From an uncultured Marinilabiliales bacterium (GTDB lineage Bacteria > Bacteroidota > Bacteroidia > Bacteroidales > BM520), in the NCBI GenBank assembly GCA_937877575.1, contig CALFIZ010000055.1, positions 1 to 36,687 on the forward strand: 36,687 bases of DNA, given 5' to 3'. The translations under genes and the position numbers were made by a program. Shown here piece by piece: positions 27,178 to 36,637 of the stretch (its first letter is position 1; the number at the start of each line of letters is the position of its first letter). The notes beneath the pieces were generated by a model that was not told the DNA's origin, searched no databases, and saw only the letters and a program-made list of their open reading frames with translations.

Positions 27178-28332
27178 TTATATTATAAAGAAATCTGACG
27201 CTATGCCATCTGCAAACAATATCCCTTCTTCATTCAGAATCAGGGCATTATGAATGTCGGGCATGATGTATTGCCGGGACACTTTATTTGCGGATTCAAT
27301 TGTGTGATTAAGCTTCTCTTTACCGAAAATATCATTTATATATTGATAATCAATGCCTTGTGATGTTCTTAATCCAAGCATGATGTATTCATTGTATTTC
27401 ATGTCCTGAGTGATGGTTTCATGTTCGGCAGCGTCAAGTCCGCTGTCGGTTCTTTTTATGTATTCATTTATGTCCTTCACATTCCAATATCTTGATTTAC
27501 AGTCGTATGAATGTGCTCCTGCACCAATCCCGATATAAGGGAAGTCTTTCCAGTAATTGCTGTTATGACGTGAATGGTAATCCGGCAGGCAATAATTTGA
27601 GATTTCATAATGAAGGTAGCCGTGTTCACGCAGTGTTTCGTTGAGGTTGTGATAGCAGCTGATGGCAAAATCCTCGTCGGGAACGGTTGTTTTTCCCTCT
27701 GAAACCATTTTTGCCAATGGAGTTCCGTTTTCTATCGACAGGGCGTATGCTGAAATATGTTTCGGCCTGTAAGCCATTGCCTTATTGATGCTTGCTTGCC
27801 AACTTTCAGGTGTCTGTAACGGAAGTCCGTAAATCAAATCGATTGAAAAGTTATCGAAATGCTGCGATATGATTTCTATTGCCTTGCAGGCTTTATAGGC
27901 ATTGTGTCTGCGGTTTATCATCTTCAGTTCATCATCGTTGAATGACTGGACTCCGATGCTGATTCTGTCAATAGGTGTGCAATCCTTGATTTGTCTGACC
28001 CATTCGTCATTCACATCGTCCGGATTGACTTCAATTGTTATCTCTTCGGTGTTGGTCAAATCGAAATCGGAGGATAGTTTGTCGAACAGGTATGCCAGCA
28101 GTTTCACTGGGACGAGTGACGGGGTGCCGCCGCCAAGGTAAACGGTGGTGATTCCGGTGTGTTCGGTGAATACATCGGATGAAGACGCCATAGCTTTCGC
28201 TTCATTAATGATGCAATCGGTATAGTGTTGGAAGTCAGAGTATTGCGTCTGCGAATAGAAAGCGCAATAGATGCAGCGGCTTTTGCAGAATGGAAAATGA
28301 ATATATAATCCGACAGGAGGCATGTCAGTCAT
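27178..28332 (-). CDS. hemW: Radical-SAM heme chaperone HemW (HemN-like, oxygen-independent coproporphyrinogen oxidase family)
   Basis: GLYIHFPFCKSRCIYCAF (CxxxCxxC radical-SAM cluster), GGGTPS, an HemN_C-like C-terminus, and a typical length of 384 aa. Start is at 28332 (8-nt overlap with the kinase gene) or at the ATG at 28323. Confidence 0.9.
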   Translation of the reverse strand: MTDMPPVGLYIHFPFCKSRCIYCAFYSQTQYSDFQHYTDCIINEAKAMASSSDVFTEHTGITTVYLGGGTPSLVPVKLLAYLFDKLSSDFDLTNTEEITIEVNPDDVNDEWVRQIKDCTPIDRISIGVQSFNDDELKMINRRHNAYKACKAIEIISQHFDNFSIDLIYGLPLQTPESWQASINKAMAYRPKHISAYALSIENGTPLAKMVSEGKTTVPDEDFAISCYHNLNETLREHGYLHYEISNYCLPDYHSRHNSNYWKDFPYIGIGAGAHSYDCKSRYWNVKDINEYIKRTDSGLDAAEHETITQDMKYNEYIMLGLRTSQGIDYQYINDIFGKEKLNHTIESANKVSRQYIMPDIHNALILNEEGILFADGIASDFFII

Positions 28333-29848
28333 TGATTTCTGAAGGCAGTGAGCTCTTTTTCAGGATTATTCTGAATGTAGTGCCTTTGTTGAGAGTTGAT
28401 GATTTTACGAAGATTTTACCGTTGTGGACTTCTTCTACTATGCGTTCAGCGAGGGTAAGTCCGAGGCCCCATCCGCGTTTTTTGGAGGTGATTCCAGGGT
28501 TGAAGATATTCTTCTGCATTGAACGCGGAATGCCTTTGCCTGTGTCGGTGACATCAATGTTGACAACGTTTTCCTCTTCGATGATGTCAATGGTTATCGA
28601 GCCTTCACCATCCATTGCATCTATGGCGTTTTTGCTGAGGTTTTCTATGACCCACTCAAACAATTCGGTGCTTAGTGGAAGGTAAATGGGGTGGTTTGGT
28701 TTATTGATGGTAAAGACAACTTTGTTTGATGTCCTTTTTTTCAGATAGTTGATGGAATCTTCGACCACGACGCCGATGTCGGCCATTTCGAGCTTAGGGG
28801 TGGAGCCTATTTTGGAGAATCTGTTGGCTATGGTGTTAAGTCTTTGTGCATCCTTGTTGATTTCCTCCGCTATTTCCTCCTGTCCGCTGTTCCTCAGCAG
28901 TTCGACCCATGCAAGGATACTTGACAGAGGGGTGCCAAGCTGGTGTGCCGTCTCTTTGGCAAGTCCTGCCCATACACGGTTCTGCTCTGAACGGCGGGAG
29001 GTGCTGAACAGGAAATAACAGAAGGCGATGAAAATAATCATCACTAAAACTTCGATAATAGGGAAAATTCGCAGATTCCTGATTAACGGAGATTCATTGT
29101 AATAGATGTAATTTGTTGTGTTTCCGAACCGAAGTGTGATAGGTGAACCCATTGCGTTCATGTGGTGTGTCATTTCAAGCATAGCTGTGGTGTCGGAGCG
29201 GATTTCTTCCGGGATATTGCTCGATACAATTATGGTGCTCTGTGTGGTATCGGTGACGATTACCGGTACTGAAGCTGAGTTTATGACAATTTCGGAGAAG
29301 AAATCACTGACCAAGTCATCTATATATGCCTTCATTTGCGTGAAGTGGCGTGAATCCTTGTAAAACAGGTAGTGTGTGATGCCGTATGTGGAAATAGTGA
29401 TAGGCTCATACTTTGTGAACTCTTTTTTAAGTTCTCCTGTCAGATACGGAACGGTGTCAATGTCGAAATCAATGTTTGTGGCATTAAGTATGTGATAGTT
29501 TTCATCAGTTTGGATGACGGGTATTGTCTTGTTGTTGAGGATGATAGAGGAATAGAAGGTGAGGTCTTCAGTGTTGTCGCCGGCAGAGACGAGTTTTCGT
29601 GTGGCTGCTGCAAGGATTTCCACTTTCTGACGTTCTTCTTCTTCAAGTTGTTCGAAAAAGGCTTCTGTTGACTGCACGAGATTGGCCCTGTGTCGTATTG
29701 CGTCAGCCCAGACTATCAGGTCATGCTGTTCCTTCTTTGAGATCTGAATAACAAGGTAATTGCTGTACCATAGTGATAATGCGATAATTATGATACCTAT
29801 TATCGCAACCCACCTCTTCCATTTTTTCTTTGAACTGTAGATATTCAT
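28325..29848 (-). CDS. Membrane sensor histidine kinase (no cognate response regulator in window)
   Basis: Start is taken at MNIYSSKKKWKRWVAIIGIIIIALSLW (ATG at 29848), one nt after the upstream stop codon. Layout is TM1, a ~250-aa extracytoplasmic domain, TM2 (IFPIIEVLVMIIFIAFCYFLF), an H-box (ETAHQLGTPLSSILAWVELL), an N-box (VIENLSKNAIDAM), G1 (DTGKGI) and G2 (GWGLGL). Confidence 0.9.
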   Translation of the reverse strand: MNIYSSKKKWKRWVAIIGIIIIALSLWYSNYLVIQISKKEQHDLIVWADAIRHRANLVQSTEAFFEQLEEEERQKVEILAAATRKLVSAGDNTEDLTFYSSIILNNKTIPVIQTDENYHILNATNIDFDIDTVPYLTGELKKEFTKYEPITISTYGITHYLFYKDSRHFTQMKAYIDDLVSDFFSEIVINSASVPVIVTDTTQSTIIVSSNIPEEIRSDTTAMLEMTHHMNAMGSPITLRFGNTTNYIYYNESPLIRNLRIFPIIEVLVMIIFIAFCYFLFSTSRRSEQNRVWAGLAKETAHQLGTPLSSILAWVELLRNSGQEEIAEEINKDAQRLNTIANRFSKIGSTPKLEMADIGVVVEDSINYLKKRTSNKVVFTINKPNHPIYLPLSTELFEWVIENLSKNAIDAMDGEGSITIDIIEEENVVNIDVTDTGKGIPRSMQKNIFNPGITSKKRGWGLGLTLAERIVEEVHNGKIFVKSSTLNKGTTFRIILKKSSLPSEIND

Positions 29849-29849
29849 A

Positions 29850-31760
29850 TTACATCTTAATAACGCGATAGGTGTAGCGCATATTGTCGATTTCAACGAA
29901 AAGGACATATATGCCATTGCTAACCTTTGGGAAATACAACTCAATGATATTATCGTTGACACTGATGTCGGAAGGCTCCGCCGCAATGTTGGAATTCATC
30001 TTTATCAGTTTGGCATTCAGTGAATTGACATGAATTTTTTCATTCAGAAGAATTGTTATCTTGTCATTAAATACGCTTGGATACAAATCCGGCCGTACTC
30101 CGACGAAATCGTGGAGGGTTTTACTGATTTTCTCTCCGTCAACAAACCATGAAATGATTACATCGAAGTTACCGTAGGAGTTGTATGTGACAGGAATGAG
30201 GCTGTCGATGTCGTTTACGGAGACGGTTTCAGGTGTTGCGCCTTCGAAATGCCAGATGCAGCTGTCGGGCGGCATGGAAAAGTCGGCATTGAAGTATAAT
30301 GTCATATCTTTGATGATGGTGGGTCTGCCGGTCAGAAATGAGGCTCCGTCAATTGAAACGTTGATGTTGTTGATGTCGGCAAACTCTGTGTATCCGTCAA
30401 TTTCGGTGACTCCGGTGTTGTCAGGGTCAAGCCAGTGGTCGAGACGTTTGTCGTTATCCTCACCGTTACGGTTCCAGGAGAATGAGAATTTCCCGTAGAA
30501 ATCCGGTGATGTGAGACGTTTGCATGATGCCGTGCCGCCTGTAAGTGTCCCCACAATCTGTCTTTTTTGGTTGAATATCGGGGAACCTGAGGAGCCGCCT
30601 TCGGTGACGCCATGTCCTGACTCGGTTTCATCCCAATAGACTTTCCAGTGTGTCTGTATATGATAACCTTCAATCTGATAACAGTCTGACGTTATTTTCG
30701 AGGTGTGAGAGATTTTTTTTATGTCTCCTGCCGGATGATGAATGCAGTCTGCGCTTTCGGCAGCCTCATCCGCCGCGTTCCAGCCGGCATAATAGGGATG
30801 ATAGCTTGCCGGTATGTTTTTGTCTTTCAGACGCACAAGCAGAAAGTCGGAACCTACGGCATTGGCGGAACTGTTGAAATACGTGTTACCGGCGATTTTT
30901 GAGCATCCGACAAGCGTCTTGTGCTCAGGCTCATCAACAGGATTATCACATCCGTCTGATTCGTAGAGAAAATAAAAAATCCATCTCTCATATTCGGAAT
31001 CTGTCGCTTTGTCACCGCAATGATATGCGGTCAGAAGATATGGTGTCAGGTCCTGCGAGGTGTTGTTGACAAGAGTTCCTGTGCACCAGTACCATCCGCC
31101 ATTAGACAGCAACAGTATTCTCACTACTGCATCGGCTTGATTTTGCAGGCTTCTTCCTTCGGGACAGTTGACGTTAACTTCGCAGTCGCCGGCAGCCCCG
31201 AAGCCGCTTAGAGTGCTGAAATCGAAGAAATATGAAAAACTGCTTATCTCGAAATCGATGTACTGGTCTCTCAACCCGTCAATTTCGAGGATAATGTGCT
31301 CACCGATGACAGGCTCAATTGAAAATGAGCCGTCATCGGAAATGTCATGATTCGTGTAGGACCCACGTATGGTTGATTTCGATGAGTTATAAACATACAT
31401 CCTGCTGCCTTCCGGCAAATCAATATATGAAAAGGCTATACCTATCGCTTTCGCATCCTTCAGATGAAATGAAACGGTGTATATGTATCCGTTCGGGGTT
31501 TCCATCCAGTTACCGTCTAACTTTCCGGAAGCGAATCCGGCTTCAACCTCGCATCCGGTGTGAAGACGGCAGCCTTCGGTACATCTTGTCAGAAGAAAGT
31601 CGTTGATGGAATCATAGTTGGCATATACTTCTGTCGAAGACATGAATTTTGAGGCATGGCCGAACGATTCGGGCAGACCGCCATGAGCCGCTTGTGACCT
31701 TGAAGTTACAGGAAATAAGATGCACAACAGTACGAATATGTATGCACAGCAGTTCCTCAT
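29850..31760 (-). CDS. Lysyl-endopeptidase-like (Lys-C / Achromobacter protease I family, S1) serine protease with T9SS type-A C-terminal domain
   Basis: Signal peptide, then close motif-by-motif correspondence to Achromobacter protease I: CEVNVNCPEG, CTGTLVNNTS, LLTAYHCG (His), SDFLLVRL (Asp), AGWN, IHHPAGD, VTEGGSSGSPIF (Ser), GTLTGGTASC, YGKFSFSW, LDHWLDPDNTG. This is followed by an Ig/PKD-like spacer and a type-A CTD (~29853-30086: LYPSVFNDKITI...NGIYVLFVEIDNMRYTYRVIKM). Confidence 0.85.
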   Translation of the reverse strand: MRNCCAYIFVLLCILFPVTSRSQAAHGGLPESFGHASKFMSSTEVYANYDSINDFLLTRCTEGCRLHTGCEVEAGFASGKLDGNWMETPNGYIYTVSFHLKDAKAIGIAFSYIDLPEGSRMYVYNSSKSTIRGSYTNHDISDDGSFSIEPVIGEHIILEIDGLRDQYIDFEISSFSYFFDFSTLSGFGAAGDCEVNVNCPEGRSLQNQADAVVRILLLSNGGWYWCTGTLVNNTSQDLTPYLLTAYHCGDKATDSEYERWIFYFLYESDGCDNPVDEPEHKTLVGCSKIAGNTYFNSSANAVGSDFLLVRLKDKNIPASYHPYYAGWNAADEAAESADCIHHPAGDIKKISHTSKITSDCYQIEGYHIQTHWKVYWDETESGHGVTEGGSSGSPIFNQKRQIVGTLTGGTASCKRLTSPDFYGKFSFSWNRNGEDNDKRLDHWLDPDNTGVTEIDGYTEFADINNINVSIDGASFLTGRPTIIKDMTLYFNADFSMPPDSCIWHFEGATPETVSVNDIDSLIPVTYNSYGNFDVIISWFVDGEKISKTLHDFVGVRPDLYPSVFNDKITILLNEKIHVNSLNAKLIKMNSNIAAEPSDISVNDNIIELYFPKVSNGIYVLFVEIDNMRYTYRVIKM

Positions 31761-32752
31761 TGTTTATTCTTGTTTGCCTGCTTGCTTACCGGAAGATTGC
31801 ATAAATATTCTGTTACGTATTTGAACACACCGTTCTCAATGTTTGTAAAAGTATGGTGGTAGCCTGCCTTGTTTAGCTTGCTGATGTCGGCTTCCGTGAA
31901 ATACTGGTATTTGTCGCGTATCTCCTGAGGCATCTCAATATACTGAATGTTGACTTTTCTGTTCATTGCTTTGAAGACAGCTCTCGCAAGGTCGTAAAAT
32001 GTACGCGCCTTGCCCGTGCCGACATTGTAAATCCCGCTCTGCGGCGTGTTTTCCATTAGCCAGCGAATGATGTTGCATACATCGCCCACGTATATGAAGT
32101 CTCTCTTTTGCATTCCATTGTTGACACCCTGTTTGTAGGATTTGAACAATTCCATCCTGCCGGTCTTCATTATCTGGTTGTAGGCATGAAACACTACAGA
32201 TGCCATCTGTCCCTTATGATATTCATTGGGACCATATACATTGAAGAATTTCAGTCCATACCACAACGGCGGTTTTTCTTCCTGTTTCAAAGCCCATACA
32301 TCAAAAGCCTGCTTGGATTCACCGTAAGGATTCAATGGCTTTAAATTCGGAATGATGCTTTCATCATCGGAATAACCCAAACTGCCATCACCGTATGTTG
32401 CTGCAGATGAGGCATATATCAGCGGTATCGAGTATTGTGTGCACTTGTCCCACACGAGTTGTGTGTATTCGGTGTTGTACTTTTTGAGGGTTTCCTTGTC
32501 AAACATTATGGTTGAACTGATGGCACCGAGATGTATGATGAAGTCTATCTCGGTGTAGTTGTCGTCAAGCCATTGTATGAAATCGTCTTTGTCTATTCGT
32601 TGCTGGACGGTCTTGTTCTTTATGTTGTCAAGACAAATCTTGTCGGGCTGTTTGAAGAGGTCAACTGCTACAATATCATTTCGGTAATTGAAGTTGAAAT
32701 CTGCAATAAGACAACTTCCAATAAAGCCGCAGGCACCTGTAACTGCTATCAT
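31757..32752 (-). CDS. hldD: ADP-L-glycero-D-manno-heptose 6-epimerase
   Basis: Collinear with E. coli HldD/RfaD: VTGACGFIGS (Rossmann), IIHLGAISST, LIYASSAATYG, PLNPYGESK, FFNVYGPNEYHKGQMASVVFH, KRDFIYVGDV, YNVGTG.ARTF, YQYFTEADISKL..AGY. The TGA stop overlaps the protease ATG (ATGA). Confidence 0.92.
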   Translation of the reverse strand: MIAVTGACGFIGSCLIADFNFNYRNDIVAVDLFKQPDKICLDNIKNKTVQQRIDKDDFIQWLDDNYTEIDFIIHLGAISSTIMFDKETLKKYNTEYTQLVWDKCTQYSIPLIYASSAATYGDGSLGYSDDESIIPNLKPLNPYGESKQAFDVWALKQEEKPPLWYGLKFFNVYGPNEYHKGQMASVVFHAYNQIMKTGRMELFKSYKQGVNNGMQKRDFIYVGDVCNIIRWLMENTPQSGIYNVGTGKARTFYDLARAVFKAMNRKVNIQYIEMPQEIRDKYQYFTEADISKLNKAGYHHTFTNIENGVFKYVTEYLCNLPVSKQANKNKQ

Positions 32753-32757
32753 TTCAA

Positions 32758-34773
32758 TTACTTGTTGAATTTGTCGTTCCCTTCATTGAGGAATTTAATG
32801 AAATGCTGCACGTCCTTGTCAAAGCCGTAGGGCCCTGCAAGAATGTTTTCATCATTGTCAATGATTACATAGCACGGCTGTGAGTTCTGTCCGTATTTGG
32901 TCTTCTGATACTGTTTCCATTTCTTGCCTATGGTTTTGATGGTATCGGTTCCGTTTCCATTGTTGATGACCATGTAATCTTCGGGGTTCAAATCCTTTAA
33001 GTCATCAACGTACAGCTCTGCTATTACGAAGTTCTTGTTAAGAACCTCTCTGACAGCAGGGTCGGTCCAGACAGCGTTCTCCATTTTGCGGCAGTTGACG
33101 CAGTTGTGACCGGTGAAGTCAATGAGTATAGGCTTTTTGAGTTCCCTTGCGCAGTCAAGGGCTTCATCGAAGTCGAAATATCCTTTGTAGCCTTCCGGTG
33201 CGTGCAGGACATCACCGTATTTTGGTGTGTCAGTACACATGTTATGATAGTTCTCGGAAGAAGCAGGCATCATCGTTGTCGTGCCGGAATTACCCTCGTT
33301 CTGTCCCAATTTGAAGTCCTGGGTGTACATTTTAGGTGTGAATGCTGCTATGGCATTCAGTGGAGCGCCCCACAGTCCCGGAACCATATAAACTGTAAAT
33401 GCGAGAGTTATGATGGCAAGGAACAGTCTGAACACTGATACGTGTTCGAGGTCACTGTCATGTTTGAATTTGAGTTTGCCAAGAAGATAAATGCCAAGCA
33501 GTCCGAATATTGCAATCCACAACGCTATGAAGGTTTCACGGTCAAGGATGCGCCATCCCATCATTTCGTCGGCTGTTGACAGGAACTTCATTGAAAGTGC
33601 GAGTTCGAGGAATGCGAGGACGACCTTTACGGTGTTCATCCAGCCGCCTGACTTCGGAAGGTTGCTGAGCCATGAGGGGAATATCGCAAACAAAGTGAAC
33701 GGTATTGCCAATGCAAGTGCAAATCCTGTCATGCCTACCAACGGTCCCCACAAGCCGCCTGAGACTATCTCGACAAGCAAAGTGCCAATGATGGGCGCTG
33801 TGCATGAGAATGATACGAGAACCAGTGTCAGAGCCATGAAGAATATGCCGAGAATGCCGCTTTTCTTGTCTGCATTTTCATCGGTTTTGTTGACCCACTT
33901 TGAAGGAAGCGTGAGTTCAAATCCTCCGAAGAATGAAATGGCAAACACTACGAGCAGCAGGAACAGGAAGATGTTAATCCACGGATTTGTTGCCATGGTG
34001 TTAAGGGCATCATCGCCGAAAAGAAGCGTCACACCCAAGCCTAAGAGGTCATATATCAAAATGATGGACAAACCATAGACAACGGCGTTCCTAATGCCTT
34101 TCTTCTTGTCATCGGCGGATTTCAGGAAGAAACTTACAGTCATCGGTATCATAGGCCATACGCACGGGGTGACAAGCGCTATGAGTCCGCCGATAATACC
34201 TGTGATAAACACACTCCAGAGGGATTTCTTCTTCGGCGCATTGTCTGAATTGCCGTTTTCAGCATCGGCTTTTACTGTTTGGGCTGTGCCAGAACCGGCT
34301 TCCTGTATCGCTGGAACCGAAGCTCCGGCTTCACCTAAATTGATTGAAAATTCAGTGGTTTCGGGAGGAAGACAACGCGTGTCATCGCATGTCATGTATC
34401 TTACCGAACCGTTGACCGTCGGCGTCCCGTTGGTCACATTGACTTTCTGCCTGAATGTTACCTCCTTGGCAAAATATTTCAGGTCTATGTCAAGGTCGCT
34501 GTCATGTTCAGTCGTCGGAGTCGGCTGTTCCATGTCGCCTACAAGTTGATAATCAGTTGATTCCTTGAAATCGAATTTTGTCGGGGTTGTGAAAACAGGA
34601 TCGGCATCCAATGAATACAAATGCCATTTGCCGCTGATTGTGGCCTTCATGATGAGGCTGTATTCAGTGTCGCTGTTCTTTTCTGACGAGAATTTCCAAC
34701 TTACCGGATTTTCTTGTGCCAAGACACAGAAAAACAGTAATGTGAGTCCAAATGTTGTTATGATTTTTTTCAT
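32758..34773 (-). CDS. dsbD: Thiol:disulfide interchange protein DsbD (protein-disulfide reductase)
   Basis: Start at MKKIITTFGLTLLFFCVLAQ (ATG at 34773). An N-terminal DsbD-alpha-like domain, a multi-TM core with the two conserved Cys-Pro-type sites (VTPCVWPMIP and SFSCTAPIIG), and a C-terminal thioredoxin domain with FTGHNCVNCRKME (CxxC). Confidence 0.9.
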   Translation of the reverse strand: MKKIITTFGLTLLFFCVLAQENPVSWKFSSEKNSDTEYSLIMKATISGKWHLYSLDADPVFTTPTKFDFKESTDYQLVGDMEQPTPTTEHDSDLDIDLKYFAKEVTFRQKVNVTNGTPTVNGSVRYMTCDDTRCLPPETTEFSINLGEAGASVPAIQEAGSGTAQTVKADAENGNSDNAPKKKSLWSVFITGIIGGLIALVTPCVWPMIPMTVSFFLKSADDKKKGIRNAVVYGLSIILIYDLLGLGVTLLFGDDALNTMATNPWINIFLFLLLVVFAISFFGGFELTLPSKWVNKTDENADKKSGILGIFFMALTLVLVSFSCTAPIIGTLLVEIVSGGLWGPLVGMTGFALALAIPFTLFAIFPSWLSNLPKSGGWMNTVKVVLAFLELALSMKFLSTADEMMGWRILDRETFIALWIAIFGLLGIYLLGKLKFKHDSDLEHVSVFRLFLAIITLAFTVYMVPGLWGAPLNAIAAFTPKMYTQDFKLGQNEGNSGTTTMMPASSENYHNMCTDTPKYGDVLHAPEGYKGYFDFDEALDCARELKKPILIDFTGHNCVNCRKMENAVWTDPAVREVLNKNFVIAELYVDDLKDLNPEDYMVINNGNGTDTIKTIGKKWKQYQKTKYGQNSQPCYVIIDNDENILAGPYGFDKDVQHFIKFLNEGNDKFNK

Positions 34774-34798
34774 ATTGATATGATTTTTTTCGATGATT

Positions 34799-36151
34799 TT
34801 ATGATAATTCAATTCTATAAACTACTTTCGTATTGTCCGTAATTTTAAATCTGTCGTCAATTCTATGGCCGACTATCCATACAATATTATTTTCAGACCA
34901 AAGCGCAAAGGTACTACTTTTTGTAAAATTATCAATCTTTTTGTCAATATAGAAGTCACTGAGTTTCTTTTTTCCGTTCATTCCCAGCGGATAAAAATAA
35001 TCTCCATCACGGCCTTTCGACAGTCTCAGCGGAAACTTCAACCTGTCGAAATCCAACATTGCCGTGTTTTCATCGCATTTCAGGGAAGTTATTTGCCCAC
35101 GTGGTATTCTGCTGAATTTCAAATTAAGGGGGGATGTGATTTCTTCATCGTTTTCATTGATGAAATATTCCTGCTCCGTGCTGTTTTGCTTTTTTCGTAC
35201 CAGCAGCTGACGGCGGTTTATCAGAAGTTCAAATTCGCTGGAATAGAATCTGCTGCCGGTGGAGTTGACGGAATATGCCATTTCCCTGAGCTGTTTCATA
35301 TTGAATCCATAGCCGTCGAGGGCAAAATACAGGTATCCCCTGAGCTCATCCGTGTCATAGCCGGCAGGGATGTCAATGATTGTATTCCCTTGACGGTCAG
35401 TGGTTTTAGGGAACTTCTCGGCTGTAAGCTTAGTGATATATTTTGCGGTGCAGTCAAACTGTTTCATTGATTTCTGCAGAGTTGCGGGAAAGTCGGCATC
35501 CAGTTCTTCAATTTTGGGAATTATATTGAGGCGTATGAAATTTCTGACATATTTGTCGGAGAAATTCGTGTAGTCGTCCATGTATTCGATGCCTTTGGTG
35601 TATTCGTTTATTTCCTTGCGTGAAAGGAACATCATCGGACGGATGATGAAGCACTGCTTTCTGTTGACAAATGCGTTTTTCACAGGCCTTTTCAGCGGAA
35701 TTCCCCTGATGCCGTTGATTCCTGTGGAGCGCAGCAGGTTTATGAAGAATGTTTCAGTCTGGTCGTTGAGATGGTGGGCGGTTGCAATCTTAGTATATCC
35801 GTATGATTTGCAAAGTTCCACGTACCAGTCATATCTGAGTTGGCGGGCTGCCATTTCCACCGAATCGCCTGTGTTTTCCGCATAGTTGTTAGTGTCGAAC
35901 TGAGCGACATGAATTTGGGCGTTATATTTTTCGGCAAGGGTTCTGACAAACTGTTCGTCGCGGTTGGAATCCTCACCGCGCAGATGATAATTGCAGTGAG
36001 CAATGCCGAACCTGAATCCGGCATCGTTGAACAGCTTGCACAGCAACACCGAGTCCCTGCCGCCGCTTACAGACAGTAACAGCTTGTCATTGTCGTCGAT
36101 GAGGGAATTGGCATTGATGAATGCGAGAAATTGTTGCGTGTTGTCAAACAT
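34799..36151 (-). CDS. tilS: tRNA(Ile)-lysidine synthetase
   Basis: Start at MFDNTQQFLAFI (ATG at 36151). PP-loop LLLSVSGGRDSVLL, ATAHHLNDQ.ETFFINL.R, and a TilS C-terminal domain (GKKKLSDFYIDKKI). The longer track ORF (to 36403) overlaps the upstream gene by 260 nt and has no family similarity. Confidence 0.9.
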   Translation of the reverse strand: MFDNTQQFLAFINANSLIDDNDKLLLSVSGGRDSVLLCKLFNDAGFRFGIAHCNYHLRGEDSNRDEQFVRTLAEKYNAQIHVAQFDTNNYAENTGDSVEMAARQLRYDWYVELCKSYGYTKIATAHHLNDQTETFFINLLRSTGINGIRGIPLKRPVKNAFVNRKQCFIIRPMMFLSRKEINEYTKGIEYMDDYTNFSDKYVRNFIRLNIIPKIEELDADFPATLQKSMKQFDCTAKYITKLTAEKFPKTTDRQGNTIIDIPAGYDTDELRGYLYFALDGYGFNMKQLREMAYSVNSTGSRFYSSEFELLINRRQLLVRKKQNSTEQEYFINENDEEITSPLNLKFSRIPRGQITSLKCDENTAMLDFDRLKFPLRLSKGRDGDYFYPLGMNGKKKLSDFYIDKKIDNFTKSSTFALWSENNIVWIVGHRIDDRFKITDNTKVVYRIELS

Positions 36152-36637
36152 TATCCAAATTGTATTTGATGAACGATTCAATGGCCTGATAGTCTGCAAG
36201 GCCGAGTCTGTCGTACAGGGTAGCGGTCTTGCGGTTACGTTCCTCGGCACGCTGCCAGAATTCGCGGTTGTCGGAACCTGGAAATGCCACGAAATCCTTT
36301 TGCGTCTGATGCTTGAAGATAGCCTTTCTTTTGATTGTAACTTCATCAGGACTAAGCGGCACAGCCATGTCAGTCTCATAGACATAAAATTCGTTCCAGG
36401 CACCGCGGTACAGCCACATTCTGCAGTCTTTCAGCCATTGGGCGTTTTTGGCCTTGATGAATTTCAGTGCAGCTATGATGGCATCAAAACAGGTCCTGTG
36501 AGTTCCGTTCGGGTCATCGAAGTCACCGGCGGCATAAATCTGGTTTGGCTGAACCGTTTCGAGAAGATTGACTATGATATTGATGTCTTCTGCTCCGAGC
36601 TGTTCCTTTTCCATGGTTCCCGACTTTTCGTAGAATG
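36144..36637 (-). CDS. nagB: C-terminal part of long-form glucosamine-6-phosphate deaminase (NagB with LmbE/PIG-L-like C-terminal domain); 5' end lost at contig end
   Basis: Residues from FYEKSGTMEKEQL... to ...IESFIKYNLDNV resemble the C-terminal ~160 aa of the ~660-aa Bacteroidota NagB proteins (AAGDFDDPNGTHRTCFDAI, FKHQTQKD, FWQRAEERN). The call is from memory. The apparent N-terminus MTGVQTCALPIS is adapter-derived and is excluded here. Confidence 0.6.

Noticed and set aside
29849-29986. 46-codon N-terminal extension of the histidine kinase ORF
   Set aside because: It overlaps the 3' end of the protease gene and has no TM or signal character. The internal ATG at 29848 sits 1 nt after the protease stop and is followed at once by a K/R-rich segment and a TM helix.
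36152-36403. 84-codon N-terminal extension of the tilS ORF
   Set aside because: It lies entirely within the better-supported nagB-like frame. TilS similarity (the SGGRDS PP-loop ~30 aa downstream) begins at the ATG at 36151.
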